Source: Tubulanus polymorphus
Taxonomy: Eukaryota; Animalia; Nemertea
Length of the DNA: 64,000 nucleotides
Direction: 5' to 3'
Assembly (NCBI RefSeq): GCF_964204645.1
Contig: NC_134027.1
Location: forward strand, 6,914,485-6,978,484
The position numbers and the translations under genes are program-made. Under the pieces are notes generated by a model that was not told where the DNA came from, made no database searches, and worked only from the letters and a program-made list of their open reading frames with translations. This document shows, piece by piece, positions 21,335 to 44,399 of this stretch (position 1 is the first letter of the stretch; each line of letters begins with the position of its first letter).

Positions 21335-24300
21335 ATGGCGAACGCCGATAAATTAACGGACGATGAACTACGCCAGGAATTAGTGACCCATGGTCAGGAT
21401 GTAGGACTGATATCGGATGCAACTCGCCATGTTTGGGTTAAGAAACTACTCAAGCTGAGAGCTGATAAAAAACAGACTAAAGTAGCTCCAATCTCGAAAA
21501 AATTAATCGGTTTTAGTTCCGATGAAAGCGATGATAACGCCGCCGAACGCGAGCAGAAGCCGCAGAAACCGGCCTCGAAAAAAGGAAGGTCGACAAAAAG
21601 CTCTTCTACAACCGCCAAACGACGCCAAAGTAAAACTACCAATTCTTCCTTACCGTCCAATTCTAATGGTAATGATTCATACAATTTCAAAACGCCCGCA
21701 AATATCGATTCAACACGCGCGACAAGAAAGTCGGGTAACGCTGTAACAAGCGATTTTGCCATCGATTCTGATCAGTCGCTGAAATCAACGAAACCAAAAT
21801 CGCGATATTCGCACGACGACATTCTTTCATTGCCGAAAGTTCCGTCGGATAACTTCGATTCGACCGACGCCGATGATACAGATATCGACGATATCGCGCG
21901 ATCTCCTCCGATTATGTTCACTGCCGAAACGAATACGAGTCCGTATTTAGACAGAACGTTCCCGAGTCCGCCACCGCCATCGAAGTCATTGTCGAATCAT
22001 TGCAATGATCGCGAAAACGAACGAGGCTGGCTGAGCAACGATGAATCGGGAAACTACACACCGCCGTCTATCTCGGCGAGGGCGACATTGCGTAATACAC
22101 GCGATTGGCTGAAGAGCGACATCGCGCCGGCTCGGCAGAGATTGATCAGCGGACGGAGATCGTATCAAAATCATCACGATTCGTTGATGCCGCGGAAAGC
22201 GCTGTTGTCGGATGAAGAGAAAATTCGCGAATGCGGGTTTAAAGTTTCCGAGGAGGATTCGTCGACGTCGTACTCTCAATATTTCTCATTGGTGCTCGTC
22301 GTTATCGTCGCCTTATTTTTCGTTCTGCTCGGAGCTGCGTATTATTTGAAGTGGAGTCACGGCGGAGTGCTTTCCGGAATCGTTCAGAAACCAGTGAATA
22401 AATCTGTATGTATACTAGATAGTTTTATCGTGTGCAGAAAAAATAGGGTGGCCGCTTACCTGGAACTGGGGGAAAGCCAGGGACTTTTCTTTAAAAAAGT
22501 CGGGGAATTTTAGCAGATTAAGTCAGGGAAAACAATGTGCGTATTGGGGAAAAGATAGGAAAAGCACGTCAAATAAGACAAGTGGCCACCCTGAAAAAAC
22601 GAAGAAATGATCATTTAGAATATTCTCTGATATTTCAGCCTGAGTTTTATGCTGCCGTTTTGATGGACCATCTGAGTCAGCTAAAAGGTGAGTTTTATCT
22701 TTGTGATTTTACCGAATTGTGGTTCAGGTTAGTTCACTGTTTCAGTTTTCGATTATTATTGAATTATTATGATTACAGGTAGTGCAGAATGTGGCTATCT
22801 TGATGACGCAAAATTATCCAAATTGCACGCGAGACGATTCCTCGAAAGCAGTTACGCATTCGATTCAAAAAGCAATGGTGGCGAAGATTGGGATTTAGTT
22901 TTGAAAAAAATCAAAGATGGTGCGAAGTATATCAGGTACGTATTTGTTGATAAAGCCAAATACACGCGTTGCTTCTGTTTTTCCCTGCGTTTCGTGCATT
23001 GGGCTTTAGGATCTCTCCACTATTTTTAAAAGAAAATGGTTTAGACTTTTAAGATATTATGAAAATCTTCTATTTGCTAGGTTGACCGATAAAGATGAGT
23101 TGCAGGTTACAAAGTTGGATGAAATCCGATTTCTGGAGTGGGATTCAGATGTACGACCACCCCATCGATCGCTTATGTGCCGCTTGAAGAAATCCATGAA
23201 AAAAGTCCTCACTGGTGTACTCATTTTTATTGCCTGTAAGTTAAGCAAAATAGCAACCCCTAAATTGCAAGCGATGATACTATCCCTGCAATAGTGGCTT
23301 TCATAATGCTCATATTGTAGTGCACCATATTTGAAGTCGTGGATATTACTGGAAATGAATGATTTAATTATTTTGTTTATTGTAGTTATATTCGTAGTAG
23401 CCACCGTATACGCTATAGTCAGATATCGTCAGTTCGTCAAAGAAAAAGAAAAGCAGAAGGTGTACAATTTAGTTGAACGCATTATTGGTAAGTTTTCTGA
23501 AGAAAAATAAGTGCTCAATTTGACTGAACTCAATGTTTCATGTGTGTATTGTAAGTACTTCTTGGAGGCATTGACAATGATATTTCTTGAAGCTGCTGAA
23601 CGTTTGTATATATTTTTTTTGTGTGGATGATTTTGTAGATTTATTGAAACAGCAGTATGAGGATAGTCTGGAGAAAAAAGAAATCAGTGCTTATGTTCCG
23701 ATTCCCCACGCAAGAGATGTGCTTATTCCAATGCAAGATAGGTAAGCGACTATGAAACTTGTCTGTGTTGGACCAGCACTGGCTGCCATTATTGTCCTCT
23801 AATTCTAGCCACAAGTGAATGATTTGATTTTTTTCCATTGCATTTCAAATTGCAGACAGAAGATGATGGGTCTATGGGAGAAAGCAGTGCATTTTCTTGA
23901 TGCCAATGAGTCCAGAGTTCGCATTGACATTCAAACAATTGACGGTGAGGAGTATGAATGCTGGAAATGGTTACATGCTGGTCCAACTGCTGGTCGGAGA
24001 GTTTGGCAAGGACAAGGTTTGTAGATGTTTTTACATTCTTACCGTTGTACAATTGGCAAAATTTTGCATAGGTCTATCTAGATCTTTCAAAGAACTGTAA
24101 ATGATAACGAAATTTTGGTTTTTATTCAGCGTTCGGTGAACATGCTGATAACAGTAATGCTATTCCATATAGTCCGACCCCGTGTCTGAAAGTACGAAGT
24201 ATGTTCGACCAAGAAATGTAAGTAGCGATTACAATTATCAGTACTGTGTGATTAGACTCGCTTTACTATTGTTAAGTATTTTTCGTGTTTTATTATCGCA

Positions 24301-24827
24301 GGGAATATGGAGAGGACTGGCATATTTACATACAAGACGCTATTCTAGAGAAATGTTTTCCTACATGTCCCGATGGCATAGTTCATATTGCTGTTGATAA
24401 AAACTCTAACGAGGTTTGTCTTAGTTTCTTGGAAGCTTAACGTATGGGTTTGGGCAGCTTTTCATTCGAATTGAATTATCCTATTCTTTCATACGTGTAT
24501 TGTCTGTATTATTTTTAACAGGGGTGTGTCTACATAAAGTGTTCTTCATGTGAGGCAGCTGGAAGATGTTTTAAATCTTTGCATGGATGGTGGTTTGATC
24601 GTAAGTTTTGTGAATTCGGTAATTTATCTTCACTACGCTCGTGTACCTTAGTGTCAAAATCATTGCTTTTTTCAGGACAATTAGTTACGGTGAAGTTTCT
24701 GCGTTTAGAGCGCTATCATCAACGCTTTCCGCACGCAGTTGACTTGACAATGCCTCTCAGACCATCAAACGACGAATGTCAATCCATGTCGGAGCCATTT
24801 CATCGGTCGGCGTTGGAATGTTCTTGA
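21335..24827 (+). CDS. LEMD3: Inner nuclear membrane protein MAN1 (LEM domain, 2 TM, MSC, C-terminal RRM/UHM)
   Basis: N-terminal LEM ([35 protein letters not shown]), TM1 [117 protein letters not shown]. About 11 exons: first 21335-22405, last ~24677-24827. Confidence 0.95.
22444..22593. mobile_element. Short MITE with YAGGGTGGCCRCTT TIRs in LEMD3 intron 1
   Basis: tagggtggccgctt ... aagtggccaccctg, flanked by aaaaaa on both sides; a similar end (taggttggccactt) lies at 6141 in WWOX intron 4. Confidence 0.7.
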
Positions 24828-26682
24828 GCTGTATTCACCTGTGTGCGTGTGTGAGAAGCTGTATCTTCTTATTGATTAGAAAACAAGTTGTAGGTTGTAT
24901 ACGACATATTTTACAGCATAGTTCATGAGTATGTTGTTGTAGTTATCATCCGATAACGCGAAAACCTTTTTGAAAATAAAAAAAATCTTTTCATTCCAAA
25001 ATTGAGACCAAATACCTGATTTCAACCACATCTTGTATGTGTCTAGATGCTGTAAAGTAAAGCAAGTGTATTATTGAGAGAATTTTCCAAATTAATAGAT
25101 GGATGCACTATTTAACTTGGCTTCATCGTCGCGGCAAAGTTGAAGCCAGCTTAAATGTGGATTAACGCATTTGTTAAAGTTCAAGTTTATGTTGTTTAGC
25201 TATTGGCCGTTTGCCTGTTCATCATCGTTTATGATTATGATTGTACATAGAAAGAATTTAGCTGATATCGCTTGGTTCCCATCCACCATATCCAGATTTG
25301 AAAATATTTGATCTATCATGATTCATGCACATTCATTGAACTACCCTTCGTCGGAGATTCTACTGCCCCGTGTAAATTTTGGTATTGCTTTCCGCGCATA
25401 TAGATAGATGGAGTCCAATATATCTGTCTTACCATTGCTACCTCGATATGTAATTTTCATTGTGATGGATTGGTAACTTGGGAACTAGCCTTCGATCGAC
25501 CATGATCTTAGTTCAGCCTGTAACCGCGTGAAAGTGTGCTCTTTAAAGAAAAGATTAACTTACTTGCTTCAAATCCCAGCTTCGCATTTCTTAGTAAACT
25601 TACTACCGACTCAAGATTATCACGCTTGTACCTAAACAAATATGTGCTTTTAAAACATTAAGGTATGGAATTTGTAGTATGCTAGATATTGTATTGTACT
25701 TCTGTAGTCAAAATGCGACGTAGCTTACATGAAAGACAAAAGTTTGTTGTCTCTAATTATAGTGATGATACGGTAATAATAATGATACCTTTTATTAATA
25801 AGATGCCTTTTCTCAGCTTCTAGTTTGTATTGAGCTATATATTTTTTACTTCAAATTATGCCTTTATGAAAAATGCATGCGGTAATATTGTTGAGAATGA
25901 AATATGTACCCGGTAAGTTGAATGTTTGGTCTGTGCTGATGGATGCTGTCTATTTGGGCCATATTTTGTATGCTAGCATGTTTTATAGCGGAAATGTTAG
26001 AGTGATAATTGGACAAGGCGAGAAATCATATTTTTTTGCAAGGTTGGAAAAACTGCATCACCACCCTTTTATGGTACACGCATTTCAAAATCAGCTTGAT
26101 TAGTTTAAATTTTTGGCCAAGCGGGCTATAGCATCACTTTTTTAACCTGTTCATTTAACTCAAACTTTATTCTTTAACCATAAATTTGATGGTCTGCTTT
26201 TCATTTTTTTTTTTCATGGTTATATCTGTTAAATGAATTATGATAGGCACATACATCCCCTTCACAAATTCATCACGAGTCTTGGTCTTTATAATAACTT
26301 GTAATTTTTTTCTAAGGTTAGAGGGAACTTTTCCTTATGAATGCTGAACGTTAGTATTATTAAATTCTATTCGCTGACTGACAGGATTATTTTCTAGCTG
26401 TAACGTAAAAGCGCCATCTGATTCAATATGGCTGCTGTGCTATCTTCCATGAAATCACATCATGTAAATTAGTTCTTCGCTGCTGTGGCCAACTGGCAGT
26501 AGGCATGAGGTCTACGATCCCTTGTTTCTGAACGGCTTGTTGTATTTTAGATGAGAGATAATCCTGACAGCATGTTATGGGACTCTATAACTTTTTGTTT
26601 TTTTTGAAGTTTCTCCGTTGGTAAAGTGATTTGGGCATTAAACGTATGAAGATGCAGGGATGTACAGAAGACATGTCTGGCC

Positions 26683-26730
26683 ACATATATATGTATATGC
26701 ATGTATGTATGTATGTATGTCTGTATGTGA
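26683..26730. repeat. (TATG)n/(TA)n microsatellite
   Basis: catatatatgtatatgcatgtatgtatgtatgtatgtctgtatg. Confidence 0.7.
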
Positions 26731-29700
26731 ATTCGTATATACATAGATACATACAATGCAACATTATTGTAAAGTTTGTTTATAATTGTTATTCTAATCA
26801 AAGGATCGAGGACGGACAAGTTGTCTTTTTCCACGATGGAAACTTGAGGGGTCTATAACGTGTTCGTATACATATGATGCTGCACAGCATTAGTAGAAAA
26901 ATAGCATAGATGAAAAATGATTAGGGAAATCAAAAGACAACTTGTCTGATGTTGTGAATATATATATATATATATATATATAATCATCAATATTATTATT
27001 ATATTTTGGGTATATAATAAGTATCATTATTATTGTAAAGCTTAATATCTGAAGGCTATGATTAAAAGAAAACTTGTAAATAAATGATGGTAATTAATAC
27101 GATATCATTGAATGTGGCTCGATTTGTAATTTGAATTAGATTTCATCGGTTAAATTTGATTGATATGAATGAGTGTATGTAATGCCCTTTGATAATGCAT
27201 TATGTGTTTTGTAGTAGCCTTCGAATCATTATTAGATTTAATTAGTGAAATATAGAAGTATTATTATGGTGTTTCAGTAAAATCCTTCTCTTTTCGTTGT
27301 TTGTTCTTATTATGGTGACAGAAACAAAACAACTTAAAGGTCACCGAAACAAAATTCCTCTAAAGAAAATATTATGATGACAACTTGTTTTGGTGCACTT
27401 GATCCGTTTTACTTTTCGCTAAGTCGAGTCTATACTGCCGGCTGGTTCGTGAAACGGTAAATGAGCATGTTATTTTGACTATGCAGCGAACATCAGTAAT
27501 TTCCTCCACATTATGTGAAGGTCGGTGGAATCTTAACTTTTGCGACGCTTCAAGCGGTTCATTTTCGATAAGTGTCAAACGACGACATTCTGACGTCAGA
27601 TAAAAATTAGACCTGTTAATGTGGAATCTGACGATGGTTCTTGACATTTCTCCTTTTCCAATCTTAACGTTGCAATCTGACGCACTAAATTGAACGGACA
27701 TATTCGCAACACGAATAAATCATTCAGCGAATTATGGAAATTGCAGGACTGAAACACGGTACTAAAAATAACAACAAACAGTCCGATGATTTCTCCAAGA
27801 TCCGCCAATAGGTTAATATAGATCGATGCATGTTGTTATCGTTGCTTTTAATTAATTTGCCATGGCCTTTATCAACGGGATCAGATTTAAGCCCAATATT
27901 TGAGAAATCAAGATTAATTTTTACACGGAGGCGAAAATGATTCATCGCCTTGTAACGCAACCGTTTTGATCCGTATAAATGAAAGAAGTTAGCTGTTTCA
28001 TAGCCAGAGCGCGCACGCTCATCGATTCTCGAGTTGTCATGCGAACGGCAGTACGGATTCTATAAAACGAATAGCCTGATTGGCCACACCAGCCGAATAC
28101 TGCAAAGCATGTCTGTCACAACGCGCTTGTCTGACGCAGACAGGGTCGAACGCCGGCTGACGGCAAAAGGGAAAAATAATCTGTGACAATATTATTTCGG
28201 ATATTGCGGTACTTTGCGTGGCCAGCAGCGTTATTTGTGAAGATGGTTATTGCTTTCTTCATAGTTTTACGGCGAATCTTATGACGGATTTTGTTATAGA
28301 GGTTCGGATTCAAGCAGGTAATTTTCATCTGATTCGTTGTGATTTGTTTTCGCGACTTGTCAATAGTTTAAAGATAAAATCTTGAAATTCGTTTCTCACT
28401 TGTACTAATGTTAAATGCCCAACCGACTTAAATAATCATTTTCATTAACACAGAGATCGCGTTTGATGAAATATAGAATCAAACGTAAATGTTTTTTTGT
28501 CAGAGATTCCATAATGTTTTTGATGACCGGTTGCGCAGCCAATTTCTTCAAAAATTTCTTGCGAAGATAATGGGTGGGGCCTGAAGATTTTTCTTTGTTA
28601 TATATTCATGAATATTCATGAAAACTATGTAACTATATGTAATAAGTAAGGAATTTGATATTTTAAGAGTTTATTGCCATGAAAGCATCATCAATTATGG
28701 AAAATCTCATTACAAATAACACATTTTAACTAGTCGTTACTAGATCTTCTTCTACTGTTACGTTGGTAATTTTGTACAATATGTCAGAAGCAAAAATGTA
28801 GTTGCCACAGTATCTGACACGGTAATTGTGGAGTGTTATATTTCAATGAATGAGGGCAGGTCGTTACAATTCAGTATCGAAAGTATTATTCCCGTGGTTG
28901 ATATATTTCCGGTTGTTTAATTCCTGGCAACGGTTCACGTCAACGAATATTTGTCATTAGCAGCCATCATGCAAGTGTAAATGGGCAGGTAGATGAGTTG
29001 GACTGCGCGGGGAACAAAGATCTTTGATTCGTCAACAGAAACCCGAGATGCAGATTAATGATTGATGAAACACCACACAAAAAATGATAAATCAAATTGC
29101 TTTAGAGTGATAAATACTGAATCCATTAGAAGGAACCATCTTTCGGGATACGCTATAGACTAACATGTCAACTTGTACATTTTAGGAGTTGTTTAGTTTA
29201 TATGATTTTAAACAGTAGCACATTTAAGGTCATGGTCAAATTTCATCTTACGATGATATGTAAAACATGCTCTTTCTGATTTCTCTCTGTAAATACCACC
29301 GTGCAATGACTGACAACGTCGTGAACTTTGTCTTTTCACCCATAAGCGCTGAAGACACAATTATCCGCTTTTTGCTGACGGGTACATAATTGAAAATATT
29401 CGCTAAACCAAAATGAACCCACTGATGATTTGTTTAAAGGAAGTTATGTGTATGTTTACCTATTTCACTGCCATTTCACCTTTTGCTTGTGCTCTCTGTT
29501 TGTTCGCAATATTTATGATTACATGAACTGTTGGATGGTAATATTTACCGCGGTATAAACCCTGCCACCTACATCGTAACGTCGGCTAATCCCCGCCGCC
29601 GTTTGGGGTACAAAGACTGCATTTATGTCTATACTTGGGTAGTGGGCAGATCAAACGTAGTGTATGTAGTTGAAGGGAAATACGTATTTGAACGATGAAG

Positions 29701-29863
29701 GAAAAATATAATCCGTGGATTTCTCAGTTAAGAGCCTTGGCTACAAACGCTATATGTGATTATTTCATTTATGATGTGGGTGCATTCTTTATATACCAAA
29801 TTACTTTGACGTCGTAATCAGATTCTTCAATGGATTTTTGCATTTTTATGATACAGGGAAAAG

Positions 29864-38034
<8,171 letters not shown>

Positions 38035-39956
38035 GAGTCGAAAGTATAACGATGGAACTAGAACTTGTCTAATAGAAGGGAGAACTCAAATTGTGTAAAT
38101 AATGTGTTTTTCAGATCGGATTCCATGGTTGTGATTAAGCCCTTATGAATGCCTTGGAGCCTCGAGCTTCGGAAATCGTTCCAAATATGTGTTGTATATT
38201 TTTTCCATAGTAACACACACATCAGTAGGGACAAGTTGCTCAAAAGTTGGATAAAGATAACCGGCGGATAAATACCTTAGTAAGAATGAACCTTTCATAT
38301 TCACCATGTAAACTATCATAGTTATATAGCATGGTTGCCTCTAACCAACTTTTGAGCAACACTGGCCCCTGGAATTTGCGAACACTTTCCAGATACATTG
38401 TAATAAAGATAAATAAAGTTGCTTCACAAAAATATTATTTTGACTCTTTAACCAAACTCCCATATTTAAACAAATTCTCGTACATACTAAACCGTTTTAA
38501 ATGGAAATCTATTAAGTACAGTCTGGAGTTACCAAAATATCAATATGTAATGTAACGAAATACAATATTTGCATCAATTGTCTACGAGAATTGTCACGGC
38601 AGTTGATTTACGAGCATCGCCATCAAGGAAATTGACTTGATCAGTGATTTCTTGAGGGCCTAACCAAATAGAGAAACGCCAGAATCGCGTTTACTCGCGA
38701 TGATTGAATGCATAATTTTATATTCGAGCATCTCGCGTATAGCAGATGTTGATTGATACCTTTGATTACTCTGAAGTCGATAACACGGGCATTTAAGTGC
38801 ATCTACATCCACGCCGGTCGGCCTGATTTCCATCGGACTTAGATAATAAATTATGTGAAACACACGAGCACTGTTCCGATGATGGTCGGCAGCCGAAATG
38901 GGAAAACAGTGCATGATCGCGTCCATTACGATTCGCTTTCCAGGTGGGCGTTGAAAATGTCGGTAGTTGTGATTGCTTTTGAGAGCTCGGCGCGCTGGCC
39001 TAACATCAAACACCGTTCGATAAATTCTGGCCCAAATAAATGAGACACTTCACCATTTACTTTTAGTAGCAAGTTTAAGCGGTTTAAACCGCTTGCTTTT
39101 GAGTTGCGTTCAAATCGTGCGCTAATGTAAAGAACTGACAGAGTGCTTCTCAATTCTTTGAAATGTTCGCCGAATCTCCTACATTATGTAATACACATAT
39201 TTATAGGAATATTGGGAATTATTGGGATAGAATTCTGTATACGAAATGTATGAGAGGTGTTTTCATTTTGCTTTCAAAAATTCAAAAAAGCAAGATTTTT
39301 AACATAGTTAGCCATAGAAAACTCGATATATACATGATGTAAGAAAACGTTCAGATGTGTTTTTTGTTTCCTGACCGATATTCCGATTTTCCGCAAGCTT
39401 TTCATTAGATTTTTCGGACCGAATCGAATGTCGTAACTATATGCGCAATTATATTTGATACGAAGACCTGGAATCAGAAGTTCGATTTACGAAGCCCAGA
39501 TTATGTTTGTGAATATTGCTGATTTTGAAGTGTGTATGTAGGTTTAGGAACAAATAAATTTTAACTCATGTAGTTTTGTTTTCTGTATGTAATGGGTAGA
39601 AATATGGATAAAAAGAACTTGTGCATATCAAGCCATTGCGTTGAATGAGTATAGAACCCGAAATAGAATCCCCATAGATAATGTATGTATACGCGATGTT
39701 CTCTGTAGAGACGACTATCATCAGTTTCGTTCTTCGTTCGATCCGTTTCGTTTCACTGAACATTGCTCTCAACATTACCAGGCCAGCTGATTTCTTTACC
39801 GACACGACACAGAAAAAATCTCACTAAAATATGAAACCTCTGATAAGCAGGCGGCGGATATTATTTTATTTTGCAAATTTATACATAATACATTTAGGGC
39901 ACCGAAAAGCAATGCGCAGAGAACAGATTAGCCTTTTTTTGTAGAATGTAAATGCC

Positions 39957-42028
39957 TTAAACAGATTCTTCTTCTGTCTCCGGAAGACCGACACGCAACG
40001 ATACAACCTTGTGAAAATCCAAGCCGCACTGCTTGCTCGAAAACGTATCGCTCTCGATGTCATATTCGAAGAGGTACCTCATACCTACCATTCCCCCGAG
40101 TAGATAAAAACAATTATCCAACACGGCAACTGTTCTCTGAAACCGACCGAATGATCTTGGACTTGACCGTATCTGTGTCCATTGGTTTGTCATGATGTCA
40201 TAGCATTCATTCGTACGGCATTCCATCACCGTCATGTTAGCTGTAGTGCAGCCTCCAAAGACGTAGATTTTTTCGTTGTGTGTCACCATCGTGTGGCTGC
40301 TGCGACTGCTAAGCATTGGCTCCATGTGAGTCCAAGAATCTTCGCCGGGGACGTATCGTAGATTATAGTTTACTGGTACCTCGTCTTCCGGGTTATCGGT
40401 AATACCGCCGGTTATGTATATGTTGTTATTACAGGCTGTGGCTGCCAGGTCATAACAGTTATACGGAACCGAGGGAATGTACTCCCAGCGGTTTCCTTCG
40501 GGTACGTACTTTTCGGCAGTACAAAGGTAAGTGTCCTGGTCGTTAAGTATGTTGTCTGTTATCACATGGAACACCCCGCACATCGCGTAAAGAGCGTTTT
40601 CTGTATTGCATAATCCGAAACCTACCCTTGGTTCGTTCATCGAAGCGATGTCAATCCATGTTGAGTTCCGAGGGTCGAATCTGTAAACCAGATCGCTACT
40701 GTTGTACTCGCCGTCGTAGCCACCTACTAGGAACACGAAGTTGCCTAACGTTGCCACAGATGCGTACTCGGCATCCGTGTACAACATTCCCGTTAACATG
40801 GGCTGTTCGTAACATGTTTCCCGTCCTGGCACTTTGTAAGAAATTGCCTCAATCTCTTCGTCTCCCGACATAAGGCCTATTACAGGTCTACTACCCCTGG
40901 CGCTGGCATGACTCGGTTCTACCAAACATTGTATGAAAGGATTTGCCGCATATTCGAGCGCTTTACCGATCACTTCCTGTAGTTCCTCATTCTCTGTGAT
41001 CTGTGCCGGCAAATTAACGATGTCTTCGTGATCTAATAACGCAAACCTTATTTCTTTGAACAAAGGGACGATGTGTTTTTTGCGCGCTTCCTCCTCGTGG
41101 TCAACCCACTTCAGAATTACTTGGAGGATGCACTTTTCAGATGCAGCGATGTAGTAATCGTTGCTAAGCAACTGGTGTAGCAGTTCGAAAGATAACATCA
41201 AGAACTTCGGCTGCGAGGACAAAATCAAAAAATGTTCGCCAATATGCTTGAAGATATCCTCGCTAAGGTCGCCAAGACAGTACTTATCAGCTAGATGTAA
41301 AACACTATAATAATTCTCGATGCTTAAGTGACGAACAAGGAAATCGCAGGCGATTTCTAATAGCCATTCAACGTGAAAGAAACGTGCAGCTTCGAGAATA
41401 TCCTCAATATTAGCCGTATCGAGAGTTATGTAACCGTGATAGAAATAATGCAGTAAATTGGTAAATCCGACTGGGCTTATCTCGTAAAGTTCAATTGCTT
41501 CTTGATCTTTTTCTTTCATATCGACGCTGAACATCGCGGCGAAATAATCGCTGGCCTCCGAAAGAACTTCTCGATGGGCGCGAAATGTCTCTTCTTCCAC
41601 TTTCAACAAGATGTCGCACGTATAGTCGTACATCACTTGCCTTATCTATAAAACCGGAAAGGGTATGAAATAGTCGTAAATCATATCATTCATAACGTGA
41701 AATGAATAGGCAATGAAACTAGGGGTCCACGAAGAACACGCCCACTTAATGAAATGCTTAACAATTCGACTATTTTAATAATCATCACTCCCTGGTGAAA
41801 AGAATATATAGTAAACCAATGAGCTTGATATAAACCAAAACTTCCCAAAATAACTGGATTCCGTGTACGGATGGACGACTGATGAAAAGTGAATGCTTAA
41901 GTCCTAAGTGGGCTAAAAAGTATGCTACCAACCTTTTTGTATTGTGGATTTATATATTTGTGTTTCTCGTCTGAAACCTTGATCAATTCTATGTTTTCGC
42001 CGATTCTGAGAAACGTTTGTCTTGCCAT
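39957..42028 (-). CDS. Kelch-like protein (BTB-BACK-Kelch; CUL3 adaptor family)
   Basis: Large exon 39957-41645 plus in-phase exon 41933-42028 (MARQTFLRIGENIELIKVSDEKHKY...). BTB CDILLKVEEETFRAHREVLSEASDYFAAMF, BACK LKWVDHE..IRFALL, Kelch repeats (VGGYDG..YRFDPRNSTW, ITGG, VFGG, LLGG). Subfamily not assignable; the N-terminus may extend further. Confidence 0.92.
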
Positions 42029-44399
42029 TCTGATCGAATTGTGAGCCTCCGAAGAGGAATCGACTAATTTCGTTTGCGCTGCAATAAAAATAAGATTAAC
42101 CAGTATGAAAGACAGAGATTAATCATAGAGACAGCACGGTATCTATCTCATTAGAAAATGAGTTATATCCTGTAAAATGAATGACCAGTTATTTCAACTC
42201 TCAGGTAGAGATCTCTGGCACCCATGCACAGGTCTGTTAAGCAATGTCCTCGTGCGCGGAAGCCCCGCGACGACTAGGCCTACACTATGAAATATTACAG
42301 AAATAATCGCTGAAAAATAATCACAAATAGTCACAAGAATCATTTTCAAATTTATAATTCAAATGTGTGAATATGTAATCAACATCAGCACAGATGACTC
42401 CTACCTGATTCAGCCATCTCCGCTACTTGCTATTGCTGTTTACGATATATGTAGAATATACATAAATGAATCTATATATATATATATATATATAATGAAT
42501 ATTTTTCAGCCGATAGCGAATGGTCTGTATGTAATGGTACACCAATTCAGTACTGCATTGCATGTGTGTCGTGCAGTTCTGTCGTATCATATACTTGTGT
42601 CTAGCTCGTAGCGCAACGATTTAATGTATTAATTGTGTTGAATTGGGTTGAGAGAGAGACGACGACCTACTCTTCGTTTTTTCCAAATAAAAAGTCCCCA
42701 GATCGCGATGATCTATAATCATTGATTAAAAGCGAAATTTCATGCGTGAAAATCTCCTCTTATTAAATACACCGGGTTGTTTAGTGTGATAAATGTATTT
42801 GACACTCGGGCTTTTGCTTACTCGCATAGTTTAAACGTTGATACTTACAAAAATATTTGATTGAGGATTTATATAGATACTTTCTCACCGATTGCGCAAA
42901 AATTCAGAATTTTTTGGAAAAAGTACGATCAAATGGATGTTATATCCAAATCGGATGGAAATGAAGTCATGTTGGTACCTTCGTGAACATACCTTTCTTA
43001 CTCACGAGCTCATCAGCAGCTTCGTACTTTTCAAGTTTAGTTTCTTGTTCGATTACGTCTTATTCTAAGATTTCCCTCTCGCTAACAGTTCGGTTTAATC
43101 CGTTTAATAAACGCAATCCTGATGTCAAACGTACCGGCTTTGCTGGTACTACATACATACATATACTGCGCAGTTCTGAGATCCGTCTTTATGGTACTGC
43201 GTCGTTTTGAGACTGCGTTGCTGACAGTAGACTGTGATCCCGATTGATTTGCTAATTAAGGGAAAAATAACCCAATTCTCATAATGATAATATTTGTTCG
43301 CATAATGATAATGAATTAACAAAAATAAAACACTCCGTACTTTTCGTCATTGGCGGATTCTCAAGTTGAATTCAACACTTGACGTAGCATAGAAATAATA
43401 ACAATGCGTCTAATATTTTATCGTGGCAAACTGCCCAGATTGTTACGCGTATATAAAATACAAGCGAAGTACAAAGGTCATTTTCTTTTGATCAGTGTAG
43501 ATCCATGAATGTGACCCAAAAACCTAGAAATGTAATATTTCCAATTCTTTGATTAGATTCTTTAGAATCACTGGAAACTAGCAGCTGCTAATGCTTTTGA
43601 TTCATCTTATATATATTTCAATGATTGTGTCTATCTGTTGCCAATGTAATTTTAACAAACCGAATGAAAAGTACAAGATTTAAGAGTTTGATAGAATATG
43701 TTCGAATATAGATAGGCTCGATGGTTTCTGAAAATGATATATGTATAAATATAGATAGGCATCCGATTAAGAGAGGCATGAAAAAAATATATGACGAGGT
43801 TTTCCGGTGGCTATAAAGGTAAAGCACAGACTTCTTATTGTTCACTCATCGCGTCACATCGGACATCAAATAGCAATGAACCGCGACCTTTTGCTTCAGT
43901 TAACTGCTTGCGCTTAACGTCCAATATGACAAACCGTGACATCACGTACATTACCCCTTGAGAGCCTTTCCATGGTCACCAGTCTGTTCGATTCATTGTG
44001 GGGCACACAGGATGACGTTGTAAAAATATACACGCAGAAAGCTGCAAAGAATCTCATGGTTTTCACAGCCGAGGGCTGGGAGAGAATACGATAGGTGTCA
44101 GGGCAGTTTTTCAAGAACCGGAGAGCGTTCTAAACCGATTAAGAAATCTTTTCAATGATTTATGAACGCCTCTTTTGAAGGTATCTGGAGCTGAACGAAA
44201 TATTCTTTTCGAGTTCAAAAGGAGGGCCACTGAAATTTCAGGCACGGGCAAGATTTCATGTTCGCAGTAAGTTGTCAATAGTATTTAACAGTCGGAATCA
44301 AACGTGAATTAAACTAGCCGTTTCACAACAACATTATTTTATGCTAGATACATTTCTAACGTGTCCTCTTCAACTGCTCATAGCAATTCGTCGGCGAAT

